64,000 nt of DNA. Source: the human T2T-CHM13v2.0 reference genome, Homo sapiens. Positions within the stretch are counted from its first letter, which is position 1. Each line of letters begins with the position of its first letter. The position numbers and the translations under genes were made by a program. The stretch lies in NCBI RefSeq assembly GCF_009914755.1, contig NC_060930.1; one strand, written 5' to 3'. The notes beneath the pieces are model-generated. The model had not been told where the DNA came from and made no database searches. It saw only the letters and a program-made list of their open reading frames with translations. Of the stretch, positions 13,886 through 26,548 are shown piece after piece.

Positions 13886-14589
13886 TGGCTGAGACATTGT
13901 AGCTTTGCAATACGTGGTAGCTGTATAGCTGTATATGCCAGGAAAATAAATGCTGAACAATAATGAGTGACTAAATCACAACAATCTTGTGAATTCTGGG
14001 CCCGAGTCCTAAAGAACTTGTGAAAAACCACGACCTTTTCATTGACTGGTATGTGTTTTGTGTAAGAAACATGTTTATAATGTATGAGAGATTGAAGTTC
14101 AATTCTCTTATTTTCTTTCACTCAAGAGACATCATAGTGTCATGCTCTCAATATTGTTCTTTTTAATACTTATTTGAAGAACTGAGTCTATGCTGCCTAA
14201 GAATTTATGATTGGTAATGGGAATTAATCATATAAACTAGACCCTGCGTATGTGTTAGCTAATGCTTTACCTTTGTTTAGTCTAGAAATGCCTTAACTTT
14301 ATTAAATACCTACCTCTTAAAAAAGTACTAAGAAATTGCATTGTTGGAAATTTTAGGAAAGACTACGTGGGGTGATTTGGGGAGTTGTCCTATAAATTAT
14401 CTTTGCAGATTTCTGGGTACCCTTCTGCGCATAAGGCAAGTTCTGCCTGTAGCTTCTCTGCTGTTTTCACGTTCCACTTCAGGTAAACGAGGGACTGTGC
14501 TGTTTAATCACACGAGCCTATGTGACATAATTTATGCACATAAGCATAATATGATTTATCTGCACAAAAAAAAGACAAACAATATAGAA

Positions 14590-14880
14590 AAGCAATGTAC
14601 ACAAAGAAATTCACAACAGTATTTTTTATAGTAATATTAGAAATGACCTAATCACTCACAAGAGGGAAATGACTGGATAATTATCAAATTAAGTCAATGA
14701 AATATTAGTTGCTAAAGTAGTAATTATGAACATGACAATGTCATAATATAATGTTACTTAAATAAAACAGAACAAAGATTGCATTTCCTCATCATTACAA
14801 CTTCAGAAAATATGTAAGCATGGATAAATTCTAGAAGTAAAAACCAAAAATCATACATGATAGTGAAAATTGTGTGTATT
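14590..14880 (+). mobile_element. Ancient L1ME-like 3' fragment
   Basis: 'aatgtacacaaagaaattcacaacagtattttttatagtaa...agggaaatgactggataatt' weakly resembles an old L1 3' region. Confidence 0.35.
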
Positions 14881-15517
14881 TGCCCTTTCTTTTTAACTTT
14901 CCTCTACTGCCATAATTATGCTGGTACAAAAGAAATAAATATAGAGTAAGCAATAAAAAATTCAATGTGATCTACAAAATGTATAGCACTGTATAAAATA
15001 TGTTCAAGTATTATTCTGTATGTAAAAGTTTAACTTCAGACTATTTAAATTAATAATTATAGGTATAGTTGAATACATACAGTAATGTTTGTCAGTTAGT
15101 ATATCTAAAAAAAAAAAAAACCAGAGTAAATGAATTAGAAGTAGAAGACACAAATTATTGCCTCTACTAAGCCACTAAGTGACAATTTAACTTGAGACGG
15201 TTTATTTTTCTGAAACTGAATTTTAACTGTAAAACTCAGGAATTGACCAAGATTCTTTCAGGTATGTTTCCAGTCTGAAGTTTTTTTATTCTGAGCCTAA
15301 AGCTCTCTATCCAAGCTTTATGTAATGTTTACACCCTTTATTTCAGGCACTATCCTTATAATAATACTAATTACTACTATTGTATTTATTAGAACATCTG
15401 CTGGAAATGTGACTTAATTAAATCTTAAATGATTACAAGTTATATCCACTATTTAAAATTTCTTCTCAGCTCCCTATCAATCTTAAGAATTTTATCTTTG
15501 GAGATAGCTAAGGTAAA

Positions 15518-15610
15518 AATTATATATATATATGATTTCTTTTATATATAAATATATGAAAAATATATATTCTTTCATATATATAAATTTTATATATGAT
15601 ATATATAATT
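15518..15610. repeat. AT-rich (TA)n low-complexity quasi-palindrome
   Basis: Arms aattatatatat/atatatataatt and inner atatatgaaa/tttcatatat. Confidence 0.8.
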
Positions 15611-16894
15611 ACTCTATCTGAAAATGAAAACTAAAGTGTATTTTTATACCTGCTTTTTGTTCTTTTTAAACTTTTCAACCTAAAAAGTGTTTGTGCACAA
15701 TTTTAATTTTGCAATTTAATTAGATCATAGAATTATAAGATACAATTTTTTGTAAGAATATAATTGGATAAGGTTTTTTAAATTAACAGACTAATTAAAA
15801 ATTGGTAAGAATTTGAAGTGATCAAATTAGTTTATGAATATAAAACAAACTACCGAGGGTATTTAGAAATAAGCTCCAGCAAGGAACTTCAGACTGTCTT
15901 AAACAAAACATATTCTCATTCTTACCTGCTCCTTACAACTGATTAGAACAATTACAAATGAGCTATAAAGTTAGGGCCATCGAGAGGCAGCTTGCTTTTT
16001 GATATTTTCAGTGTCAGGAAGGAAATGAATTGCCTTCAATCAAGGACTGGTAATTACCACAATTCAGGAGCTCACCACCTACAGGAAATGAAAAGACAGA
16101 ACATAAAGTGTGTTATAGCAGCTTACGTTGCTTTGATCTTCAGCAAAACTCCATTTGCTGCAGTATCCTGGCATTCTCCACTTTATTGAATGTGAGGGTT
16201 CGTAATGGACACGGCGAGTTACTGACTAATTTCAGTGAGGAAACTCCACCTCTTTCTCTCTTATTTTCATGTTTGACAAGAAGCTCTTTCTCCTACAGAT
16301 AAACACCTTAAACTTTATCTGATATGGCATGAAGTAAAACAGTGTCAATTTGAGGACACAGACAAGTTTGAATGAGCTACATAAACATTTAGGCTTTGTT
16401 GGACCAACTGAATTTTATTATAAATCTCTCCTCAAACACGTTATAGTCTGCACTCAAAGTCGCTTGTCCAATAAAAGCCTATTTATTTTTTACCTCTATA
16501 TTTACTTGTACCAGCACATAGAAATTTTTAAGACTCAAGAGAAGACAAATCACAAAATATTCAGCACCAGAAACCCCACATTTTAAAATTCCATGGGGTT
16601 TGGGGTTTGATTATTTAGCACAAGCTGTGGGTCAGATGAAAGACATTCTGGTCAGAGGGTTTATAATTTTAGATGCTTTATTTCCTGTGTAATATTTATG
16701 ATGTGGCATTTCTGGAAATAAATGGTCAGGGAAGGTACAGAGAGCAACATTTTCATGAGAGCTGGTAGAAAGTTTGGCGATAGAGATACAATAACAGGTA
16801 AAATAAACTCTTCCCATAACCCCTTTTTGTCTTACACACAAGCAACCCCTCTCTTGAGATAGGCTAACCCAATAAAGCCTGGTTGAGGTATGTC

Positions 16895-17231
<337 letters not shown>

Positions 17232-17520
17232 CTAAAATGACTCCTTTAGTTTTTGTCCACTGGTCATTCTATGTAACCCATTTAGAATCTGGCTTTTAAA
17301 CTAAGATAATTAAAGTGAGATTAAGAAACTATTAAGACTGACAGGAGAAAAATGTCAGCAAGGACCTTTAGGTTTATCTACTGAATTTGTCTCATGAAAT
17401 GCTATTCAGTGACATTTACTAAACTGAAGTAGCTACAACTATGTACTTCTAATTGGAAAAAAAATTTCATGTAGCTTGAATATGGGTATGGGAATAAGGG
17501 GAAAATGAGAGTTACTTAAC

Positions 17521-18113
17521 TGCTGTGGTTTGAATGTGTCCCCCAAAGTTCAGGTATTGGAAATTTAATTCTCACTGCAACAGTATTGAGAGTTGGGATC
17601 TCTAGGAGGTAATTAGATCGTGAGGGCTGTGCCCTGGATTAATGCTGTTATCACAGGAATGGGTTAATTATCATGGGAACAGGTTCCTGATAAAGGTGAT
17701 TTCAACTCTGTCTTGCCTTCTCATGCTTTCTTACCCTTCCACCTTCTGCCATAGGATGATGCAACAGAAAAGCCGTCACCAGATACCAGCACCTTAATGT
17801 TGGACTTCTCAGACTCCAGAACTGTAAGAAATAAATCCCTGTTCTTTATAAATTACCCAGTCTCAGGTATCCTGCTATAGCAGCACAAAATGGACTATGA
17901 TAGAAAATTGGTATGAAGGAGTAGTACCATTGTTATAACAAATACCTAAAAATGGAAGCCACTCTGGAACTGGGTAAGGGGTAGAGTATGGAAGAATTTA
18001 GAGGAGCAGGCTAGAAAAAGCCTAAATTGCTGTGTATTACTCCAGGATGGTAAGAAATAAATCTCTGTTCTTTATAAATTGCCCAGACTCACAGCACAAA
18101 ACAAATTAAGACA
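17521..18113 (+). mobile_element. MST (MSTC/MSTD-like) MaLR: LTR 17521-17902, ~130 bp of internal sequence, then only the last ~75 bp of the second LTR
   Basis: Starts 'tgctgtggtttgaatgtgtccccc'. 'ctccag..gtaagaaataaat..ctgttctttataaatt.cccag' occurs twice (~17814-17862 and ~18040-18087). Internal start is 'gaaaattggta'. TSD ttaac/ttaag. Confidence 0.85.
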
Positions 18114-18584
18114 TTAAGATTTGCCCCATTCTTAGAATTCATTTCTTCCATTTTCCCTTTAATTAAATCAATGCCAGCATCTAAGCAGTGTGCACCTTTT
18201 GACCATAGTCTTTCTAATTGACCAGAAGCTTAGATGTGGAAAATGCAAAAACTATGCACATTTCTGGTGGGTTTAACTTCTGAGAAATTTTTACAAGGTT
18301 TTCCTTATTTTATCTGCTCCAGTAAACCTGTGGTTTCATGAACAGGCCTAGAATTTGAGATTCAGCTTCTAAACTTCAAAGGTGACCTTTCAACCCATTT
18401 GTTTATAGACTCGGTATTAACCTTTTGAGTTCTAGAATAGGGTTTTAGAACTTACTTTCATAAAAGTTTATATAGTCAATTCCATTCATTTATGCTAAGG
18501 ACATAGAATATTTCTAGATTGCACAATATGTTTCTGTGGGAATTGAATGGAAATCCAGGTTTCCTGACAAGAAACAAAGGATCT

Positions 18585-18885
<301 letters not shown>

Positions 18886-20936
18886 TCACTTCTGAAGAAA
18901 AAAAATTATTTACCTGAAGTCCATTGCTTCCTTGTGGGATTCTTTTTTTTTAAATGCTGGATTGTGGATTAAATAAAAAGATCTGAGAAATAGGTCAGAA
19001 ATTAAATCCTGGTGTTGTCATGGTGTTTTTTAAATAGCACCCTTGAAATTGGTTGCAGAACATACATTTTATCTGATTCTAATTATGTGGAATTTCGAAG
19101 TCATTTTGGTAACAGAACTACTCTAACCTGTTATTAAACTCAGGATTTTTTTAAGAAATAAAAATTGCTTGGTAAGAATGTTAACGTTTAAAAAACTATT
19201 AATGAATCAGACCAACAAAGCCTACTCAAATGAATCTGTATCTTTATTCATGGTTCAAGCATTACTTCCACTTAACTAAAAATGAATATATCCTCTGGAA
19301 CTTAAAATAAAGGTTGAAAAAAAATGAATGCATCTTTAATCTTTTATGGTTACAGATATAATAGAAAAATTGTTTCTGCCTCAAAACCCTACTTTTAAAT
19401 AATTAATGAAATATAGACAATAATGTCTCTAAAATTGCATTTCCCAGGGATATATCTATTTAACTCCTGATTCTTTTGTTAACATCACCAATACATGGGA
19501 AAAGAAACTGAAGCTTTTTAAATTACATGCTAATATATGGCCATCAATTTTAAGGGATTTTGAAAAGTCCGCAATAGTAAAAATAGAGTAGGAAAAATTA
19601 TAGTGAAGAAATAAAATAAAATAAATTAGCTAAACAATTAGGCTCTATTTATTTGAAGGAAGTATTTAGAAGTATGTGCTGATTCTTATGTTCTCATACT
19701 TCAAGATGAGATCATGTTGGCATGCACTATTAGGGCCCTCACTCTTGTCCATATTGTTTTGGCAAGCTTTAAGCAGGTGGCTCTGTAATATGGTAATACC
19801 TTCTCTTTGGATAACTCTTCATTTCAAAGCAATCTGTAGACATTACACCTTTAATTACAGGAGACCTCAAGGCACAAAGCAAAAGAAGAATGAATTTCAT
19901 CATGGGAATATACAAAGCAAGGCATTAACATCTATAGTTAAATAAGTCAGCATCAAACTTCTTGCTGTACCACCCACCATTTCACACAGTTCAGCTAGCT
20001 GACTCGTTCATAACTTTAAGGCTAATCAGAATAAATTAATGATTCATCACTAATAAAGATGCAGAGTGTGTACCTTTATTCTTCAGTAGGGTAACGTGAC
20101 CCTTCTGAGTACTTCTGGAGCAAATGTGTATGAAGTGCTAGGTTTTTTGTCACTAAGTCTATGTACTCAGAAAAGACACAAATTTTCAGTATTCTGGTTT
20201 ACCACTTGCCAGGCAAAGGAAACTGTAAATAAATGTTTCACCACATATTTATGTGAAAAAAATTAATTGGTGGATGGGCTTTGTTGTGATTCTTAATAAT
20301 AATGAATCATAGTTTTACACATATAGTAGGATGAAGCATTTGAGATTTGATTCTAGCATTTCTGTCTATGTGTTTATAATTTATCCAATGGAAGTATTAA
20401 AAGAAAAGCTTTTTGGGAGGCCTTATTTGAGTTCAGAAGTCTCACACGCACTTCTGTCAAGTGATGTAATAGGAATGTGTTTAAGATCAGCAGATGATAT
20501 ATTGAGTGTAAACATAATGTGCTCATGATGAAAGCCAAAACACTAATTTAATTGATTGGAAGAAAACAGAAATTCACCAGGAGTCAAAATCCCAAATAAG
20601 AGGTCCGTGTTTTCAAGGCTTATTTTAATAGTATTAACTACTTCAACAAATTATTTTTCTTTGCTTTTTTCCATTCACTTAAAAATATTTAATGGTTTTA
20701 TTGAACTATATTTTACATATAAAATTCGCCCGTTGAAAATATGCAACTTGATGATTTTTAGTAAAATTTAGAATTGTGCAAATATGATAGATTCCATTTT
20801 AGATAATTTCTGTCATTCTAAAAAGATCTTTAATGTCCATTTTTAGTGAAATCTGCTCCCACCCCCAGTCCCAGCAAACACTGATATAATTTTCATCTAC
20901 TTATTTTTGCTTTTCCTAGAAATTTCATATAAAAAG

Positions 20937-21414
20937 TGTGGTTTGCAAAATAAAATCCCCTGCACTTGTGAATGTTATATCACATTGGAAAGGGGACTTC
21001 GCCAACGTAAATTGCGTACAAATGCGGAGATTATCCAGGACTATCTGGATGGGCCCAATGTAATCAATTCAGCCCTTAAAAGCACAGAACCTTTCTCAGC
21101 TGGGTCAGAGAGATACAATAATGGAAGAAGAGTCAGAGAGATGCAATGCAAGAAAGACTCAGTCTGCCATTGATGGCTTTGAAGTTAGAGGAAGGGAGCC
21201 ATGAGTCAAGAAATGGAGGGGACCTCTAGAAGGGAACAGTCAGAGAAATAGATTACCCTCTAGAGCCTCCAGAAAGAGACACGGCCCTGTCAATTTAGCT
21301 TAGTGAGACCCATGTCAGGCTTATGGCCTCCAAAATGATAAGATAATACATTTGTATTGTTTTATGTCATTAAGTTTGTAGGAATTATTATGGTAGCAAT
21401 ATAAAACTCATAGA
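20937..21414 (+). mobile_element. MLT1D-like solo LTR
   Basis: 'gattatccaggactatctggatgggcccaatgtaatc', 'ctctagagcctccagaaag' and 3' end 'gcaatataaaactcataga'. Confidence 0.8.
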
Positions 21415-22048
21415 AATGACTTCTTTCATTTTGTATTATTTTGAGATGCATTCATTTTGTTGCATGGATCATTCTATTTTATTGCTGAGTATCATTCTAT
21501 TGTATTGACACCAAACTTTGTTTTTCCAATCACCTGTTGGTGGGCATTTGGGTCGTTTCCAGTTTTTGGCTATTGTAAGTGATGATTTTATAAACATTTA
21601 TGTACAAATCTTTTTGTGGATATCTAAATATATGATTCTGTTTCTCTTGGATAAATACCTAAGATTAGAATTGCTGAGTCATATGGTAAAGGGATACTTA
21701 ACTTTTAAAACCTCCCAAACTGTTCTTCAAAATGGTTGTGCCATTTTACATCCCCACCAATAATGTATAAAGGTTCCAGTTTCTCGAAATATTTGCCAAC
21801 ACTTGGTATGGTCAGTCTTTTTGATTCTAGTCATTCTAGTGGGTATATAATGATATCTCATTGTAATTTTAATTTGCATTATCCTAATGACTGATGATGT
21901 TGAGCATGTCTTCATTTGGTGTTTTTATTATTATTTTTAGCCATACATATATCTTCTTTAGTGAAATGCCTATTGAAATATTTTTCCCATTTTCTTGTTG
22001 AGTTATTTGTCACCTTATTACTGAGCTTCAAAAGTTCTTTATGTATTC

Positions 22049-22558
22049 TGTTCAATAGCCAGATGACCTCACCTTCTAGCATTCACACCCTTGAGTAGTG
22101 CCTTCCTCATTGCTCCAGGATTGGTCTGACCAACAGAACCAAACAACATATGGCAGAAATGGTGGTATATCACTTCCAAGGTTAGGTTATAAGAGACTGT
22201 GTTTTCCATCTCAGCTTCTTTCTCTCCCCTGCCAAACCCCTTTGCATCATTCATTCTGGAGAATCCAGCTGCCGTGTCTTGAGGACAATCAGATGGCCTA
22301 TAAAGGGCCCCTGGGACAAGGAACTGAGGTATTTTTCCAACAGCCAACAAGGAACCGAGGCCTGCCAACAACCGTATGAGTGAGCACGGAATTGTCTAGC
22401 TCCAGATGACTGTGGCTTTGGCCAACAGCTTGTCTTGAGACACCCTGAGCCAGCACCACTCAGCTAAGCCACTTCCAGATTCCTGCCCCTCAAAACTGTA
22501 TGGCTTGTTGTTTTGAGATGCTAAGTATTAAGAGTAATTCAGCAATAGATGACAACTA
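22049..22558 (+). mobile_element. MLT1F-like solo LTR
   Basis: 'attcacacccttg', 'cacttccaaggttaggttataagagactgtg' and 'cagctaagccacttccagattcctg'; 5-bp TSD tattc at 22044-22048 and 22559-22563. Confidence 0.8.
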
Positions 22559-23452
22559 TATTCTGGATACAAGTGTTTATTATATGTATGATTTGCAAAT
22601 ATATTTCTCACTTTGTGGTTTGTCTTTCCATTTTTGAAATGAGATCTTTCGAATACCATCAGTTTTCAATTTCGATGAAGTCAAATTCGCCAATTTTTAT
22701 TTTGTGAATCAGGCTTTCAGAATCATGTCTAAGAAATTCTTGCCTAAGGACACACATTGTTTATCGGATGTCTTCTTCTAAAATGTGGATAGTTTTAATT
22801 TTTCTACTTATGTCTCAGATCCATGTTTATTTAAATTTGTATATGATGTAAAGTAAGCATCTGAGATTTTTTGTTTTGGTTTGGTTTGGTTTTTGTTTTG
22901 CATATAGCAATCCATTTGTTCTAACACCACTTGTGGTAAAGATTATTGTTTTCCTCTTGAATTGCCTAGGCATCTTTGTTAAAAATCAATTTACTGTAAA
23001 TGTGTGGGTTTTTTACTGGGTTCTTCATCCAGTTTTATTGATCTACATATCTATTATTATACTGATGTCATACTGCATTGATTACTGTAACTTTGTATTA
23101 AAATTTGAAATTGCACAGGTCCTCCAACTTCATGCTTCTTTTTCAAAACGTAAATTGGAATCATGACTATTTGTTATTAACAAACTCTTCTTTCAACAGC
23201 ATAATAATATTTTTGAAATGAATAAAACAGATGAATCAGTTTTGATAAAAATTAAGATATCCAAAATGTTTTCAGAGGTTTTCACCATAGTAAAAAAAAA
23301 ATACAAACTTAAATAACTATTATTCACCTATGGTTTTCTCAATGGCTACATTTCATAATGTTAGGACTGATTAACACCAAAAGCAATATCCAATATAAAA
23401 AAGCAATGATGTCTTTTGAAAGGATTTTAACTATTTATTGATAGCATGTAAC

Positions 23453-23878
23453 TTTATTAAGAAAACAGGTAACATGAACAAAAATTTAAATTATTTTTCA
23501 GCACTTATCTATTGGTCATGAGAATTTAGAAGCTAAATCCTCATATTGCTTTTAGTGGCATAAATTGTTCCAAAAAATGTTTGGAGAATAATTCATAGAT
23601 TTCAAGGAATATTTTAAGATTACTTTTGTACTGTTTATCAAAACTGCTTATTATTTTCTGTTTTTTTTGTTTTTTTATTGTTTTTGCTTTTCCTGAAAGA
23701 GTACAAATATCAATTGAATTAAACTTTTCTGTATATTATTTCAAAGTATTAAAAATAGTACCCAGTGGCAATTTTTTGTTCATCAAGACACTGTGAAAAA
23801 TTGCCAATATTATGCAAAAATAAGGTTGTTTTTATTAGGACTATTCCTATTTACTACTTAAATTGGATAAGCTTTAAA
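23453..23878 (+). repeat. Local dispersed duplication, copy 1 (~430 bp)
   Basis: Aligns by eye with 25114-25548 at roughly 90% identity. Confidence 0.95.
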
Positions 23879-25113
23879 GCATCATGTACAGACTTAAAAA
23901 GCTTTGTCCTTATTGACACTCAAAAAACCCAGGAAATCTGGACATTTAATTTTCTACTACCTCTTTCATGAAAAAGCATAATAAAGATTTTCTTGTTCTA
24001 CTCTCTATGTTCCTGTTGTATCAATGCTATCAGTCTAAGAAGAATCATTTAAAAGTTTGATTAAGTGAAATATCTGAGAGTTATTAGCTGGTACACTCAT
24101 TTTGCAGTCTGTGTAAACAGGATGATTACCTCTAGTGTTGGATCTCTGTCACTATCAGACAATTCCAAAATGAACGAAAATGTCAAAATCTGAAATTTCC
24201 TGTTTACTTCTGACTCTGAAAAGAGTCAACAAAGCATATGTGACATTTAGCCTAATTACCATGGTTGCAAAAAATCATTTAGAAAAGTGTCAGTGAACAT
24301 AAACTAATATCCTTCATCTCATATTAACCGGTTTAATAGTTTTCTCTAAATCTTTATGGAAGATAATTTGGAAAGGTCTTTCATTGTCAGTTTACATTTG
24401 AGTTGGGTTGTGTAAATATGTGGAAGTATATCTGGGCATCTTTCAAGATCAGTTAATTTGGGGTTAGGGTTAATCCAAAATTCTTCTATTTGGCATATAC
24501 TAGCGTATCTACTAAAATTCAATAAAATGGGTAGCCTATATAGAGGTATTACTTATATAAATTATAAGAAGGCTCCAAAAATGATTAGAATATGTTAAAT
24601 GACACATGTAACAAGATAATAGGCAAATTACTGAAAATTGCTTTTCCTATGAGAGCTAATGCTAAACTTCAGTTTTTGCTGAACTTTAGTTTTTGCTGTT
24701 ATGTCTGCCACTAGATGAGGTATGTCTGAATATACCACCCAGAGTGCAGGCAGAAATTTCTATGTTTGAAAATTTTAAAAATAAATAAAGCTAGATTTAT
24801 TTCATGAAATAAAAGTGTTTTGAATCTCACTTAATTAAATAAAAATGGTAAAGAACAAAGCACAGTGATTTCAATGCTGAGATCTGTGCTCCACAGACAA
24901 AGATTCCATTTCTGACCGACACATTGATATGCTTTCAGGAAGCAGTAATGCCATCAAAACATTAAGTTCAGATACCCTGAACTCTTTACTGACTGATTTG
25001 TCAATCAGCCCTCTGCATTTTTTTCTGATCCAATCTTTTATTACATATGCATTTGTAAAAATTGAAGTCCTGCTATTTGTTACTTTATTTTTCTGTATTT
25101 ATATATTTTAAAT

Positions 25114-25548
25114 TTTATTAAGAAAACAGGTAACATGAACAAACATTTAAACTATTTTTCAGCACTTACCTGTTAGTCATGAGAATTTAGAAACTAAATT
25201 TTCATAATGCTGTTAGTGGCATAGGAAATTGTTCCAAAAAAATGTTTGGAGAATAATTCATAGATTTCAAAGAATATTTTAAGATTACTTCTGTACTATT
25301 TATCAAAAACTGCTTGTTGTTTTCTGGGTTTTGGTTTTGGTTTTGGTTTTGTTTTGCTTTTCCTGAAAGAGTACAAATGTCAATTGAATTAAACTTTTCT
25401 GTATATTATTTCAAAGTATTAAAAATAGTACCCAGTGGCAATTTTTTTCTCATCGAGACACTATGAAAAATTGTCAATATTATGCAAAAATAAGGTTGTT
25501 TTTCTTATTACTATTCCTATTTACTACTTAAACTGGATTAACTTTAAA
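25114..25548 (+). repeat. Local dispersed duplication, copy 2
   Basis: Same start 'tttattaagaaaacaggtaacatgaacaaa' and end 'ctattcctatttactacttaaa.tggat.a.ctttaaa' as 23453-23878. Confidence 0.95.
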
Positions 25549-26245
25549 TGGTCCTACTTAAACTGATTCCTCAATCGGACATTTATTCTACGTTATACTA
25601 ATCTTTTTTCTTTTTCAAATGTTATATTTTAAGTTTATAAATTTGTGTACCATTCAGCAGCTGGGAGAGTAATACAGGAAGGACATTATTTTCCACCAAG
25701 TAAAATATAGCACACAAAATGTTAGAAGAGGAGAGCTTGGATGGTTAGGCGAATTATGACAAGCCTTCCATACCTCTCTATGTCCAAGGAAATATAGAAT
25801 TTTTAAAAGGACTCTACTATATGCACCATATTTTAACTTCCGTTTACATAGGATGGGGGATTTTTTTTACTTTTAAAAAGGAAAGCAAGGAGAGAGTTAG
25901 TATCTAGCTTTGTTATACTACATCCTGATTTTGCATTGTTACACTATTGTCCAATGTTTTATAAAGTATGTTGTAACAAACATTTGATGGTGGGAGTCAC
26001 GAGAGGCTATGTGTAGCCATAATGAAGTGCTAGTCTATCTAAACAGACTTGGTTTCTACTTTACCAAATCAGTAACTTTTCTGATAAGTGGTAAATTTCT
26101 TCACACATTTGATCTTATTTTGAGTTAAGGTTTGCAGATTATGTTATAGTTCATTGAAGTCCACAGCAGTTTCCAGTCTTTTCTTTCTAAGTCACATTAA
26201 ACATGTATCATTAGGGGCAGAATGGAAATATGCACAGCTATTTTA

Positions 26246-26548
<303 letters not shown>

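Larger units (their letters stand above)
20688..23150 (-). mobile_element. Old L1M (L1MB/L1MC/L1ME-like) 3' portion, interrupted by two MLT1 LTRs
   Basis: L1M-type 3' end at ~20690; ORF2 C-terminal remnant at 21727-21915 (IRIMQIKITMRYHYIPTRM). Confidence 0.8.

Noticed and set aside
16079-16136. Minus-strand intron between the donor at 16136 and the acceptor at 16079
   Set aside because: At 58 nt it is below the usual minimum human intron size.
16560-16576. REST/RE1 site (ttcagcacc)
   Set aside because: Only the left half-site is present; there is no GGACAG right half.
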